Assembly (NCBI GenBank): GCA_030704615.1
Contig: CM060733.1
Location: 44,826,001 to 44,890,000 of the forward strand
Direction: 5' to 3'
From: Takakia lepidozioides
Lineage: Eukaryota; Plantae; Bryophyta
DNA: 64,000 nt
Made by a program: the position numbers and the translations under genes. A model generated the notes under the pieces. It ran no database searches and was not told the origin of the DNA. It worked only from the letters and a program-made list of their open reading frames with translations. Positions within the stretch are counted from its first letter, which is position 1; every line of letters begins with the position of its first letter. This document shows, one piece after another, positions 36,322 to 48,732 of this stretch.

Positions 36322-39300
36322 AAACAGAACCAACAGTATTTGAGCAGATCCTTCACGGAGGAAATACTCAAAGGCCTGAAGGGACAAGAGGTACAATGGG
36401 CGGACATAATGTACAACGCACTGGTGGAAGAGATGAAAAGATTACAAGGTATTACCGCAAAGTCTCCTATCATAGTGTCTGGCCCAATCATTGCTCAAAT
36501 AATCCTTGATTCTGGCATACTTGATGCGCAAGAAAGAAAGGAAATGGGAGTGTTTGAGCCAGAAACCACTGCAATGGAAGAGCAAGGCTCTTCACACAGT
36601 GAGGGTGGACTAGCAGGGCAACCCGAGACTAAGAGGCAGAGACGGGGAAAGACTGTAGTGGCGGATCCACTGCCTTCACGGATTCCACATGATAATGTTT
36701 CCCAAGCTCATGGCCAGGAAGGGGCACAACAGCACAGATAAATGCTATTACTGGAAGCAGGACCTTCAGAGAGGGAGGAGGAAGTTACTTCTGTATCACA
36801 ACCATCACAGCCAGCTGATCGACTTGTCACAAGGTCACAAGTTATCCATGCAGCTCAACCAGAAATAATTGATTTGGAAAAGAAGGGTTAGATATTCCAA
36901 CTACAGAACAGATAGTGGAAGAAATGGAGAAGGGGGACCTTCTCTATAAATATTCTGGTCTGGTCAAGAAGACAGAGATCCCAGAGGTGCAACAGTTGCC
37001 CAAGGGAAATCTTAAGGTGCATATAATACACACACATGGAGGAGGTACCACAGGCGGAAGGTCATGACACTGTAGCACCGGTGATAGATGAAGTAGTTCA
37101 GGAAGAAAATCCGGTGGGACAATGGCCTGAATGGTTCGTGAGACATCACACTGTTGAAGATCAGGAGGAACAGCAGCAACCTCACCATGATGACCCTCAA
37201 CAGGCAATGCTGATGAGTTCCATAGGCATGACACTTAATTTGTTGGGGACTTATGTCAAATCCCATGTTCCAATACCCAATTGACAGCCTTGAGAGAGGA
37301 ACTCAGGAAGGAGTTTGAGGCTCGACTAGCCACTGAGTGTGCAAACAAGGTCGATGAAGAGGTCACTCTCAAGATGCAGCAGGACTTGGGAATACAGCAG
37401 AAGTGGCTTTGCAATTGGTCAAGGAACAATTGATTGAGGCAGGCCTCGCGCAAGACCAGTTGCACGAAGCACATAAGCAACAGCTATACCAAATGCAGGT
37501 GCAGCATGAAAGCAAGTTGCAAGAAGTGAATGCACTACATACGGAGTTGCAGACAGTGCATGACAGGATGACGATACAATGTGCTACATTCACAACTATG
37601 CTTGACCAATCTACAAAAGAAATAAACAGTCAAGCGGAAAAATGTACGAAGGCAGAAGAAGAGAATGTTGAGCAAATGAAGCTCATTGTCGATATGAAGA
37701 ATACAATCTGTCGCAATGAGGATACTTTCAAGCAATACAGGCAGGTTGAAGCTGATCAAGAGAAGCACATCGTGGAGTTGCACCAAACGATCATGGCCAA
37801 TAGAAATGAAATCGCGGTCAATAACAAGGCTTGGAGGGAAGCTAATAATCTGGCTGCTGCCTATGCAAAGTTGGTTGAACCTCAGGCGAAGCGCATGGAG
37901 GCTTTACAACAGCAGTTGGAATTGTACAAGCTAAGAGAGGAGCAAACTCTCAGGGGAACCACAAGCAATTTGGTGGATAACAGCCTTATGCAGGTCTGGT
38001 TAGCACAAGGGCTAGTAGAGGGCAAAGCACCACGAAAGCTCACCCAAAGCGAGATGAATGAGCTTAGGCTGCAGATGCAGAACATTGCCACAACTACTAT
38101 AGACAATGTCTATAGTAGGATAGCAGAGTTACAAGAGGATGTAGACGGACTGCAGACTCAAGTGGAAGACCTCACTTCAAGCATCGACAAAAGAGTCTAT
38201 ATCCCTCAGGAACAGCTAATGGCTTCTTATTTACAAGCCAAAACTTTGGCTTTTCAGTCTTCACAGGAGGTGCAGGAGATGCCAATGATACAAGAGCCAG
38301 TACCACCACCACCACAACAAGTCACTGTACCAGTAGCTGAACCTGTGGTTACTACAACCACACCACAGCCACCACAGCCGGAGGTATGGGGCAATGCCGC
38401 TTTTAACCCACCTAAAACTCCAGCTGCAAGGGAGTACAGTAGGGCTATGATTATGCCCTTCAACCAAATTCCATCATGTTGGATTGGCTTGGAAAGAATT
38501 TAGTCCTCCGCAGTCATTCGCACATTACTACCAAATCATGCGTATTTGGCTGCCAGTGGCAACTAGGACTAAAGTTCTTCCGAACAATCGACATGTTGAA
38601 GATCATCACTTTGCACAATACTGGCACGAGGCAGGTACCATGTTGAGGGAATTGATTGTTTTCCAGGTTGTACATGGACTCATTTATACCAAGACCAAGG
38701 AGGTAGCAAGTATTGTCATGGGATGCGGGTTATACTACGCTGCTTGTTTTCTGGTACGTTACCACATTGAGCAACAAAAGATGCAAACACGCTTTCTGAG
38801 TTATTCCAGTGGAGATCATTGGGTATTACCTTCGTGCCACCTCATATGTACCTATATGACCCAAAAGTTATGATGCAAAAGGATTCTCAAATTCGTTCAT
38901 GGTTTCAAGCGGCCTGGAACCATTTGTCAACACAGAAATTCGGCATTGATGATATTTCTATAAGGGACATGTGGCATGAAAATACTTGCACGCTGCACCA
39001 GTAATTGGTACCCCACTCACCTGGACAGACAAGGAGCTCAGTGTCTACACCAATTTTGCTGTTCAGCGGTTACACCAAGTTGTAAAATACAACTTCCAGA
39101 CATGGTAGGACAGCATTGTATGCCCCAGATGATTCCACAAAAAGTCCGAAAATTAAAACACCTGAGAGGCGATGAGGATTCTGATACAACTGTTTCTTCA
39201 CCGAATTCTTTTGACATGGGAGAAGACTATGCAGTTCAGATTGCAGAGAAGAAGCGACGGAGGTCTCGTATGCCGGAAAGGTTACCTCGATATCAGCCTC

Positions 39301-39445
39301 CAGAGGGCCTCACTTATCCAGGTAGTGATCAACCATCTCCGTCAACCAGAGACAGACCTCGGGCTCGTACACACAGTCCGCCACGAAACTCTCAACGTCA
39401 AAAAGGTGCTCACTCACAAAGGTTTGCTAGTCGAAATCAGTAAAC
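36322..39445 (+). mobile_element. 3' internal region of an LTR retrotransposon with a decayed accessory coiled-coil ORF
   Basis: Broken ORFs (EVQWADIMYNAL; long Q/E-rich coiled coil at 37403-38503) ending just before a PPT and LTR. Confidence 0.6.
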
Positions 39446-39481
39446 CGTGAGGACACGGCTTTTTGAGGGGGGAAGGGGTAA

Positions 39482-40427
39482 TGTTAGAGGACTGTCGGGG
39501 ACTTAGACACTTATACGGGATCTGTAGGGTACCCTTAATTTTTGCACAAACTGAGACCAACAGGAGCCTTAGGGATGACAGCAGCGCATTGTAGAGGGGG
39601 GTTACACAGCCCGTCACAGTCGTCACAGTCGTCACAGCCGACACAGCCGACACAGCCAACACAGCTCGTCACAGCCAACACAGCCGTCACAGTCGTCACA
39701 GCAGACACAGTCGTCACAGCCGACACAGCCCGGCACAGCCATACAGCCAGTCACAGCCCGTCACAGCCGACACAGCCAACACAGCCCGTCACAGCCAACA
39801 CAGCCGTTACAGTCGTCACAGCAGACACAGTCGTCACAGCCGACACAGCCGTCACAGCCGACACAGCCCGGCACAGCCACACAGCCAGTCACAGCCCGAC
39901 ACAGCCAAACACAGTCGCACAGCCAGTCACAGCCCGTCACAGTTTCACACAGCCAGTCACAGCTTGACACAGCTGTCACGATCATAGGGAACGAAGAGTA
40001 GGACAGGGAACGACTGTGGGGAAGGGAACATGTTAGTTCACAGACGACGGTTTTAGTGAGGGAAACGGTTAGAACCACGGATAGGAAGATAAAGGGAGAA
40101 ACGGGGAATTGAGGGATATCATTCGGAGGAGGACTTCTTGGTCATGGAGGAGAGGGGATCGGGCAGAGATGAAGAACGGAAGTGAAGATAGAGAGATGAT
40201 GAGTAGATCCTTGATATAAAGGCTGTAATGTATGATTGTAGAGCAGATTAGAGACACAATGGCTTCGGCCTGATACCTGATAAATCATAATCGGATACTT
40301 TTACGATATAATCACATTGTGTAGAGAGATCTGAGTGAAGCTGTGGAATGAATGGATGAGTTGATGGAATCCAATAGATTGATAAAGCAAACTGATACTT
40401 AATTATCAATGGTTAAGATAGCTAACA
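39482..40427 (+). mobile_element. 3' LTR (TGTTAG...CTAACA)
   Basis: Polypurine tract gaggggggaagggg immediately upstream; 6-bp inverted termini. Confidence 0.8.
39604..39980. repeat. CACAG(C/T)-based minisatellite within the LTR
   Basis: gtcacagcc/gacacagcc ~9-mers in tandem. Confidence 0.9.
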
Positions 40428-40429
40428 TG

Positions 40430-41424
40430 AATACCAAAAGGGAAACAAATAGGAAACACCCCCATGATACACTAGCTGTAGGTCATGACTAATTGTTCTG
40501 CGCGGGCTGAGTACTTAGAGATTTCCAACTCTTCTATCTTGGAGTTTCCGCCTCGAATAGCGAAGGGATGGGTGAGTAAAAGTCGTGCGACAAGAATTGC
40601 TCGCACAAAGCCGTCGTTTCAAGGCAGGTGTTCCGCAATTCGAGTGGATACACGGCAACGTTGTTTAGAGATGATAAGGAGGAATCCAGATGGTGTTGTC
40701 CCTGCTCCTACTTTTACAGGAAGATTTGTCCATGCAAAGTTTGCGGAGGCGAGAACCACCGAGTTCTGGTTCTGCAGGCACGACATTATGACTTGCGTGT
40801 ATGGAAAGCCAAGTACGGCATACAAACAATGCCAGAGGGCTTCCCCGTTGTGTGGCCGGTGGAACCAGGCTGCGATCTGAGTCAGGTTGAGGCCGACACC
40901 CTTACCGCCGCAGGATTTCGGATGGTGCAGCGCACTGACGTCCCCAGACAACCATTTCTGCTTCCACAGCCTCCACCACCGACCCTATGAGAGCAAGAAG
41001 AACAATGGGACCCGACAGCTCTAAGCATCATACACACCGTTGGGGGAAACCGAAGAGGCGGTGACCTCCCTCAAAAGTGAACGAGACAAGGATGGGGAAT
41101 GCACTTCGGATGAACTGTACAATCCAGAGCTCGACAGAAGTGCCCCCACCAGGCTTCGGGCGTGTGTATCATATGGCCACGGCAGGCTCAGCTGTTCGCA
41201 ATGAGGTGTACACCATCACCATTTCAGAATTACCCACCTGCAATTGCACCGACTTTCAGATCATGGCGAACAAGGGGGCATCATACTGCCCTTGCAAGCA
41301 TCTGTACTACGTGTACCTAAAGAGACTCCGGTGTAATTCCACAACTCACCACTTCATACATGCACCAGGGTTGAGCCCCCAAGATGTGCACACTCTTCTG
41401 AATATGGATCCAGGGGACCAGTGA
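40430..41424 (+). pseudogene. C-terminal part of a transposase-like gene with a SWIM zinc finger (element E3)
   Basis: YTITISELPTCNCTDF...CPCKHLYYV fits SWIM CxC..CxH; preceded by a Cys-containing segment EFWFC..DIMTC. Confidence 0.7.
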
Positions 41425-41674
41425 CCTTGGCTTGCGGTCCCAACACAATGGTACGCCCATCCTTTTCGGATAGTAGAACTGTACTGCTGCAAGTAGCTCT
41501 GACTCTGGCCACAGAAAGGTCCGACTTATGTCTTGCCTACCAGTAACCTATTTTGCTCGAACTAAGATAATACTATGTCTTCACTCGTGTTTCCACGTGC
41601 ATGTATTTTTGTGTGTTGGAGGGTTCATGTTTTTCTGCTCTCCCAAACTTTGCTTTCCTCATTCGACCCCCGGC

Positions 41675-41800
41675 AAGGAAATGCGGCGCCGCATTTCCAA
41701 GTAACGTCGTAGGTACTGGTAGATGCGGCATTCACCGACACCAAACTGCCCCGAAATTTCGCACGTGCGAACCCTAATGCGGCACCGCATTTCCGAGTTG
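41675..41800. repeat. AAATGCGGCGCCGCATTT-type palindromes downstream of the SWIM gene
   Basis: ggaaatgcggcgccgcatttcc at ~41677; aatgcggcaccgcatt at ~41776. Confidence 0.75.
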
Positions 41801-42105
41801 AGTCGCAAAACTTTCCCGCCAAATACTCGAGGATGACAGAATTGTGCAGACTCTATTGGTTCAGTCGCGGCAAAAGGGTCAGCTTCATTCCAATGTTAAG
41901 GCATGTAAAACCGCGGAATACTCTATACAGGCCAGTATGCGACGTCCTATTGCCGTGGTATACTGGATTTCTCGTTGCACGGTCACTCATTTCCATGAGC
42001 GGATCTAAAAAACCATGAGCGGAGTTGTTACTAACGACATATCTTCGCCGCATTACAGGATCTGTAACTTCCAAAAACGGCAAGGTCAAATATAAAACTA
42101 TTATT

Positions 42106-45100
42106 GAGCCCGATGGGGGCGACGTGTCACCGAAGCAGCCGTTTGAGGAAGCGATGCATGCTTTTGAAAACGAGGCCGCTCAAGAACGGGAGGAATATGA
42201 GGAGTCGGAGCTTGAGGAATCCCTGAGAGCTGCGACAGACCAACAGATGCCTCCCATGCCGGCAGCCTTTTGGGAAGGGTTGTTGGCGCAGTTTGGCGGG
42301 ACATTGAAAGACGTGTTGAGGGAGGCTAATGCCACTTCCACTAAGGAAAAGTTTAAGGTGAAGCCTAAGGAACCCGACACCTTCCAGGGCGTCCGAAATC
42401 GGAAGGCACTCAACACTTGGCTCTTGGAGCTAGAGCAGTACTTCCGGGCGGCCAAGTTGAGTGACGAGGATCGGGTGGAAGTGGCTCCCACCTATTTGAG
42501 GGGCTATGCTCAACAATGGTGGCAAAAACGCCTTCACGACCGAGGTCCAAGCCCGGAAACCTTGAACTGGAGTGGGTTCAAGGAATTGATGAAGAGACAG
42601 TTTGTGCCCCTCAATGCGTCCTGGCTCGCCCGGGACAAGATGAGGAATTTGAAGCAAACGGATGACATTCGGGGATATGTTCAGGCTTTCAATGTGCTGT
42701 TGCTTGAAGTTGCGGACATGGCAGAACCAGAAATGGTCTTCAACTTTGTGGCGGGACTGGCCCAATGGGCCAGGCGAAAGTTGGAGGAGAAGCCACATAA
42801 GACTTTGAACGAGGCAATTGAGAGGGCTGAATGTTTCTCGGATGTCCCTAGGGGTGAAAGACAAGGCCGTACGGAGCTGAACCACAAGAAATCCCGGCGG
42901 GAGGGTGACTCTTTCCGACCGGAAAAGAAGTGGGATAGGCCACGCGGCAACAATGGCACGTGGAAATCGAAGGGAGGGCCTTCACACGTCAAGGCGGCAC
43001 CCGGTGCTTCGAAAAGAAAAGCAGGTGCAGCGGCTTATGGCGGACAGAAGGTGACCTTCGATGGGTAGTGTTTCAATTGTGGGGAGCCCCAGCACATGGC
43101 CAAGAAGTGCACAAAACCCCAACAATTGAACATGACTCGAGCGACCACAGAGCTGTCGGAAGATTCCATCACTCGCATGGTGGAAGCGGTGGTCGCCAAG
43201 ACTTGCAAGGTAGGCAACTATTCTTGTGAGTTGTATCAGGAAACTGACGCCCTGCGTAAAGGGAGTCAGTTATTGTTCGTGGATGGGATAATATCCGGAA
43301 CTAACGTGTCGTTGTTGGTGGACATAGGAGTGTCGCACTCCTTCATGACACCGGCAACGGCACGAAAGCTGGGACTCCCGACAAGTGACGTGGGGGCCTC
43401 TATTGAGATGCGTTCTGCCAAAGGAGAACCGCAATTGGCGACGAGGTTGGCGTTCGATGTTCCTCTTCAATTGGGGAGTTGGGAGGGACGTGAGAACTTC
43501 ACCATTTGCGAGATCGATGGAGTGGATCTCATTTTGGGGATGACTTTTTTGGAGCAAATCCGGAGACGTCATAGATGGCCGCAATAGAGTAGTCACGCTG
43601 CCATATGGGAATGGTGGCGAAGTCTTACGAGTGTCGGAAACACCCAAACCCGTGAGAGGGCGAATAAACCTTCTGTCAGTAAGGGAGTGGGCCGTGGATG
43701 AGTCACACGAGCCCCAGTTTTTGCTTTACGTCAGACAAGTGAAGGGAGAAGGCGATGGGGAGCCGAGCCCAGATTGGATCAAGGGGATTTTGGAGAAATA
43801 CCAGGATGTGATGCCGGAGGATTTACCAAGCAGCTTGCCACCGCGAAGAGGAGTTGACCACAAGATTGAGGTGATACCAAGATCGGAACTGCCTGCCAAG
43901 GCGCCCTACTGGTTGAGCCACAGAGAGTTGGTCGAGCTGAAGACTCATCTCAAGGATCTAATGTCAAAGGGGTACATCCGGCCGAGTAAGTCACCTTACA
44001 GAGCCCCGGTGCTATTCGCAGACAAGAAGGATGGGACGCTGCGGATGTGTGTCGATTACAGGGCTCTGAATAAGGTGACTATCAAAAACCGGTACCCTTT
44101 GCCAAGGATCGACGACCTTTTTGACCGGTTGGCAGGACCGAAGTATTTCAGCCGGATCGATTTGCACTCTGGCTATCATCAAATTCGAGTGGCGGAAGGA
44201 AATGAGGAGAAGACCGCATGCAGGACAAGGTATGGTTCATATGAGTTCTTGGTGATGCCTTTTGGGCTCACCAACGCACCCACAACCTTTAGCACGCTAA
44301 TGAACAGCCTTTTCAGGAGTGGTTGGATGACTTTGTGATCGTGAACATTGACGACATCTTGGTGTACTTGAAAACAAAGGAGGAGCACCTGGAGCACCTC
44401 AAAAGGGTGTTCCAGAAATTGCGGGAAGGGAAGCTGTATGCCAAAGCTTCAAAGTGCGAATTCGGGGTCACAAAAGTGGAGTTCCTGGGGCATGTGATTA
44501 CACATGATGGGATCAAAATGGATGATAGAAAGGTGGGGCCGATCTTGGACTGGGAGCCTCGGACTTCGGTCCCGGGAGTGCGATCCTTCCTAGGACTCAC
44601 CTCCTATTACCGGAAGTATGTGAGAAATTTCGCCAAGATCGCGGGGCCGCTGTCGGACCTTCTGTGTAAATCCAAAGTCTGGGTATGAAACACCTTTTGT
44701 GGCCAAGCTTTTGCTGAATTGAAGCAGCGGATGGCGGAAGCTCCAGTCTTGAAAATCCCGGAGTTCGACCGTCCGTTCGAGATTCATACAGATGCGTCGG
44801 ACTTCGTGATTGGGGGTGTACTCATGCAAGATGGACGTCTAGTGGCTTACGAAAGTAAGAAACTGAATGAAGATGAGCGACGGTGGCCGACGCACGAGAA
44901 AGAGATGAAGGCAGTGGTGCATTGCCTTGAGCTTTGGCGCCACTATGTTGGTTCCAACCCAGTGAAGGTGTTCACGGACAATGTCACGGTGAAGTATTTT
45001 GCCACGCAGCCTAAGTTGTCCCCAAAACAACTGAGGTGGCAAGATACTTTGGCGGTGTTCGACGTGGATATCCAGTACAAACCGGGACGAGACAATGTGG

Positions 45101-47510
45101 TGGCCGATGCTTTAAGTAGAAAGCGACAGCTCATGTTGGTGTACAAAGGCGAGACGGTGCTCCAAAGGAAGATCCGGAAGGCTTGCCGGAAGGATGAGAT
45201 GGCGAAGTCCGTGATGTGGGACTTGAGGATGGGGGTTAAATCGCAGTTCCACTTGCAAAATGGACTACTCCGGTATAAGCAAAAGCGTCTCTACGTGCCA
45301 AAGGGAGGGATCAGAGATAGTCTCTTGAGATAATGCCATGATGGCCCGCTTGCGGGCCACGACGGAGCCAAGCACACCACGGCACTCTTGAAGAAAGAGT
45401 ATTTCTGGCCCAATCTTAGGAAAACAAACAATGTGGATTGCAATGACATTTGCAATCCTATCCGGACCGGTCCAAATGAATGCCAGACTCCAGAAGGTTG
45501 AATATCAAGAATTTCTGACTACCTCCGGAAGTGAGTCCGAAGTTTGTACCTCCGTATGTGGGACCCTTTCGCATCCGGAAGGTTATGAATGAGGATGTAT
45601 ATGAATTGGAGCTGCCGGCAAACAGCAAGGTGCATCCGGTATTCCACGTCTCCATTTTGAAGCCTTACTTCAAAGATGAAGCGCGTCCGAATCGGCATCA
45701 TGTATTGCGTCAGCCACCTGTGCTGTTGGATCATGAAAATGAACCCGAGTGCGAGGTGGAGGCAGTGCTTAAGTCAAGGAGGTTCAAGAACCGAGAAACA
45801 AAGTATCTTGTGAAATGGAAGGGGTATCATCATGTGGAGGCATCTTGGGTGCGTGCCTCAGAAATGGGAAACGCATCCGAGGCGGTTGCAGCGTTCAAAG
45901 GGCGACCTCAAAAGCGGAAAAAGCGTTGATGGGGACATCAACCTTGGAGCGTGGGGGAGGAAATGCATGCTTAGCCCAGCTTAGCTAGCTCAGGAATCCG
46001 ATTGCAAAAACTTGTATTATACAAATTTTGTTATAAATGAAATGGTTTCCAAATGTTGTGTGTCCTATTTTGTTTGGAATGGTGATGCATGGTATGGTTG
46101 GCTAGTGTGTAGAATGCATGCAAGCTTACAAAAGTGGGAGAGGTAAATTGGGTTAATCGTGTGTTTGCGCAGTGCTGAAATTGGGTGACTCTCAGCCAAG
46201 GGGCAAGGAAACTTACGCCTTCCTTGGGGTTCACGTGCTAGTGCGCACCTGGCGCGTGCGCGTACTATAACTGCGCTACCGATGGGGTTGCATTGTAGTG
46301 TGGGCTAATGCGGAAGCTACGTGCTTCCGTTCACGTACTATAATCGTGTGGCCTCGGGACGAAGTCGTAGTGCGGCTTCGGCGTGTTCCCGTACCTTAGG
46401 CCACCATTCCAAGGCGGACCCAATTGTAATGATTGGGGCGCACGGTTTGTTTAAGGTTATCTTCCTAGTAAAAAAGGGTTCAAGGTGAACCCTTGCTCAA
46501 GGTGATCCCAAAAACGGCATCATGAGCGGTTGCAAGCAATGTTGTTGCAGTAAGGCGATTTAATCCTCGAGGAGGATCGTTCCTTGGCCTTGAAGTAGAC
46601 CAAGAAGTGTGCACTGGGAGGAGCTTGAGAGGCTCCACCCTTGGCCGGGACTTGGAGGAAGTTGGCCGAACTAGCTAGTGGAGAGTAGAGTCAAGTGTGG
46701 GGTTTGGTACTTTGCCATGGGACGCCATGGTACGCCATGGTACGGAAACAAACTCCTTGATATGGGATGCCACAACTTGGATGTTTGTTTCTACAAAATG
46801 GACAAGTCGATGAGGACATCGACTCCCTGTTGGTAGGGGTGTGTGTCACAGCCCTTTGCCTTGAGGGCAGGGGGTTGGGACACAAGAGGGGCTGCCCCTG
46901 TGGTGGGGGCAGTGGTAGCGATAGGTACGGGTGGCTGAAGCACCTTTGAGTGCCCAAGGCACCCAAGGAGGCGGAGGCGCTCACTAGGTGGAGCCCCACA
47001 CACCGGGTTGCGGTGGGGGTGGCTCCACAAGGGGTGGTGGTAGCTTAGCGGGACTTAGTGGGGGTGGCATAGGACTCACCATGGGGCGGAGACCTCGTGG
47101 TGGGAGTCGTGGGGAGTCTTGGGATTCATCACGGTCCAATGGGGCCGTGGTGGGTGGGCCAAGACTCATCGCGATTCATCACCGGGAGTCGAGGGTCTTC
47201 GTGGTGGTTCGCCATAAAAAGGCATGGTTGTTTGCCCGCGGACATTGACAGAAGTATATATAGGGAGCAGTAACCCCGAGAACGGTGCAAGCCCGTTGGT
47301 GACCAAAAACTAGTGAGTAAGCAAACGTGCCGGAAAGCGACCGAGGAGTGGGGAGCTATTCTAGGCTGCCATCTACCAAAGGGAATTTCCACTAGACGCA
47401 AATAGGTGGAGGGTCTTTTGGAAGAGTAAAGGGGGACCGTTATGTCTCGGTGAGTAGCCGAAGCTCCAAGTTGGCCCGACGGTCAGGATGGGAGTTAGGC
47501 GCGCGCATCA
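42106..47510 (+). mobile_element. Decayed Ty3/gypsy chromovirus: gag, zinc knuckle, protease, RT, RNase H, deleted integrase, chromodomain, PPT and 3' LTR (~45964-47510); 5' LTR absent
   Basis: CFNCGEPQHMAKKC; LVDIGVSHSF; [33 protein letters not shown]; TDASDF; YVGPFRI; YLVKWKGY; PPT gtgggggagg before TG at 45964; multiple stops and frameshifts. Confidence 0.92.
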
Positions 47511-47559
47511 AAGCGAGTAACTATGACTTGAAGGGGAGCTTACCGAAGTGAGGTGCGCG

Positions 47560-47757
47560 ACAGAGTCACCCTCCCGCTCGGCCTTCTTGTGGTTCAGCTC
47601 CGTACGGCCTTGTCTTTCACCCTTAGGGACATCCGAGAAACATTCAGCCCTCTCGATTGCCTCGTTCAAAGTCTTAGGTGGCTTTTCTTCCAACTTTCGC
47701 CTGGCCCATGGGGCCAGTCCCGCCACAAAGTTGAAGACCATTTCTGGTTCTGCCATG
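47560..47757 (-). mobile_element. Inverted gag fragment of the same chromovirus family
   Basis: Encodes MAEPEMVFNFVAGLAPWARRKLEEK..., near-identical to 42716-42912 on the opposite strand. Confidence 0.85.
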
Positions 47758-48732
47758 TGCTTACTGCAGTATAGCATTAGATGGTGCCTCGCTTTTACTC
47801 CTTGCACGGTTTTCCTTCGGTGCATTGTCCCTAGGCCCAATTTGCAGGTGCCGGGTTTTTCCCCATGAAGGTTTTTAACCCAGCAATGGAGGAGGCTCCA
47901 CTGAGGGGTATGTCTGCAATCTTACCTCGCAGAGCTCGGATTTTAAAGGGGGGGAGCCTTCACATATGTGATGCCGCATTCTCTCCTTGCCTCATAATGG
48001 TGGTTTTCAGTCAAACCTGACAGTGACCATCCCTGTCTTTATGTATTTGGCGGCCGAACCGTTATACATACGCTGAAATATTGGTAAGGCTCAGAATTTT
48101 GTGTGGCCTTACGAGGCTGGTCAGACGACCGTCAGGGCGTCTCATTAATATATAGGAGCAAACTACCTTCATGTGTCAAGGACTTAGAATTTTTTTGGCA
48201 TATGAATTTTACAACTACCTCCATGCAGGTAGTTTTAGGATTTTCTACATGAAGGTAGTTGCAAAACCAAGCTGAACTACCTGCATGAGAGTAGTTGCAT
48301 ACCACCTCCGTGGAGGTAACAGTAAGTGCCATCCGCCAGAATTTCCGTTCAAGGAATGGATCCCATGACCTGCATCGCCTCGTCGTCATCGACCTACCAC
48401 CAGACCACAAACTCCACCGTGCTGGTAGTCCGACGTTTTTTTAATATACTAGGGCTTCGCGTTGCTCCGCACTACTAGCGACGACTTCTGAGAAGGACGT
48501 CCGGACGGATGGGCCATACTGGAGGAACTTGAGAGAGAGTTGGAGGGGTTTTCCATGGGTCGTCTTGGTACAACAAGTAGATTTGGACTATGATAAATCA
48601 GTATTTTTTTATTATCCGTTGTGAGCATGCATTGGGACATGATAGACTTTTTGAAAAGGAGAAGGAGGATGGTCTTTATAAAATATGGTGGCCCTTACAT
48701 GGAACGTTTAGATATGTCTAATTTAAGCTCTA

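Noticed and set aside
42025-45929. Intact retrotransposon with programmed frameshift or readthrough
   Set aside because: Several stops and indels, altered protease and RT motifs, and a deleted integrase indicate decay
47515-47528. gagtaactatgact match to LSU rRNA
   Set aside because: Only 14 nt with no flanking rRNA similarity
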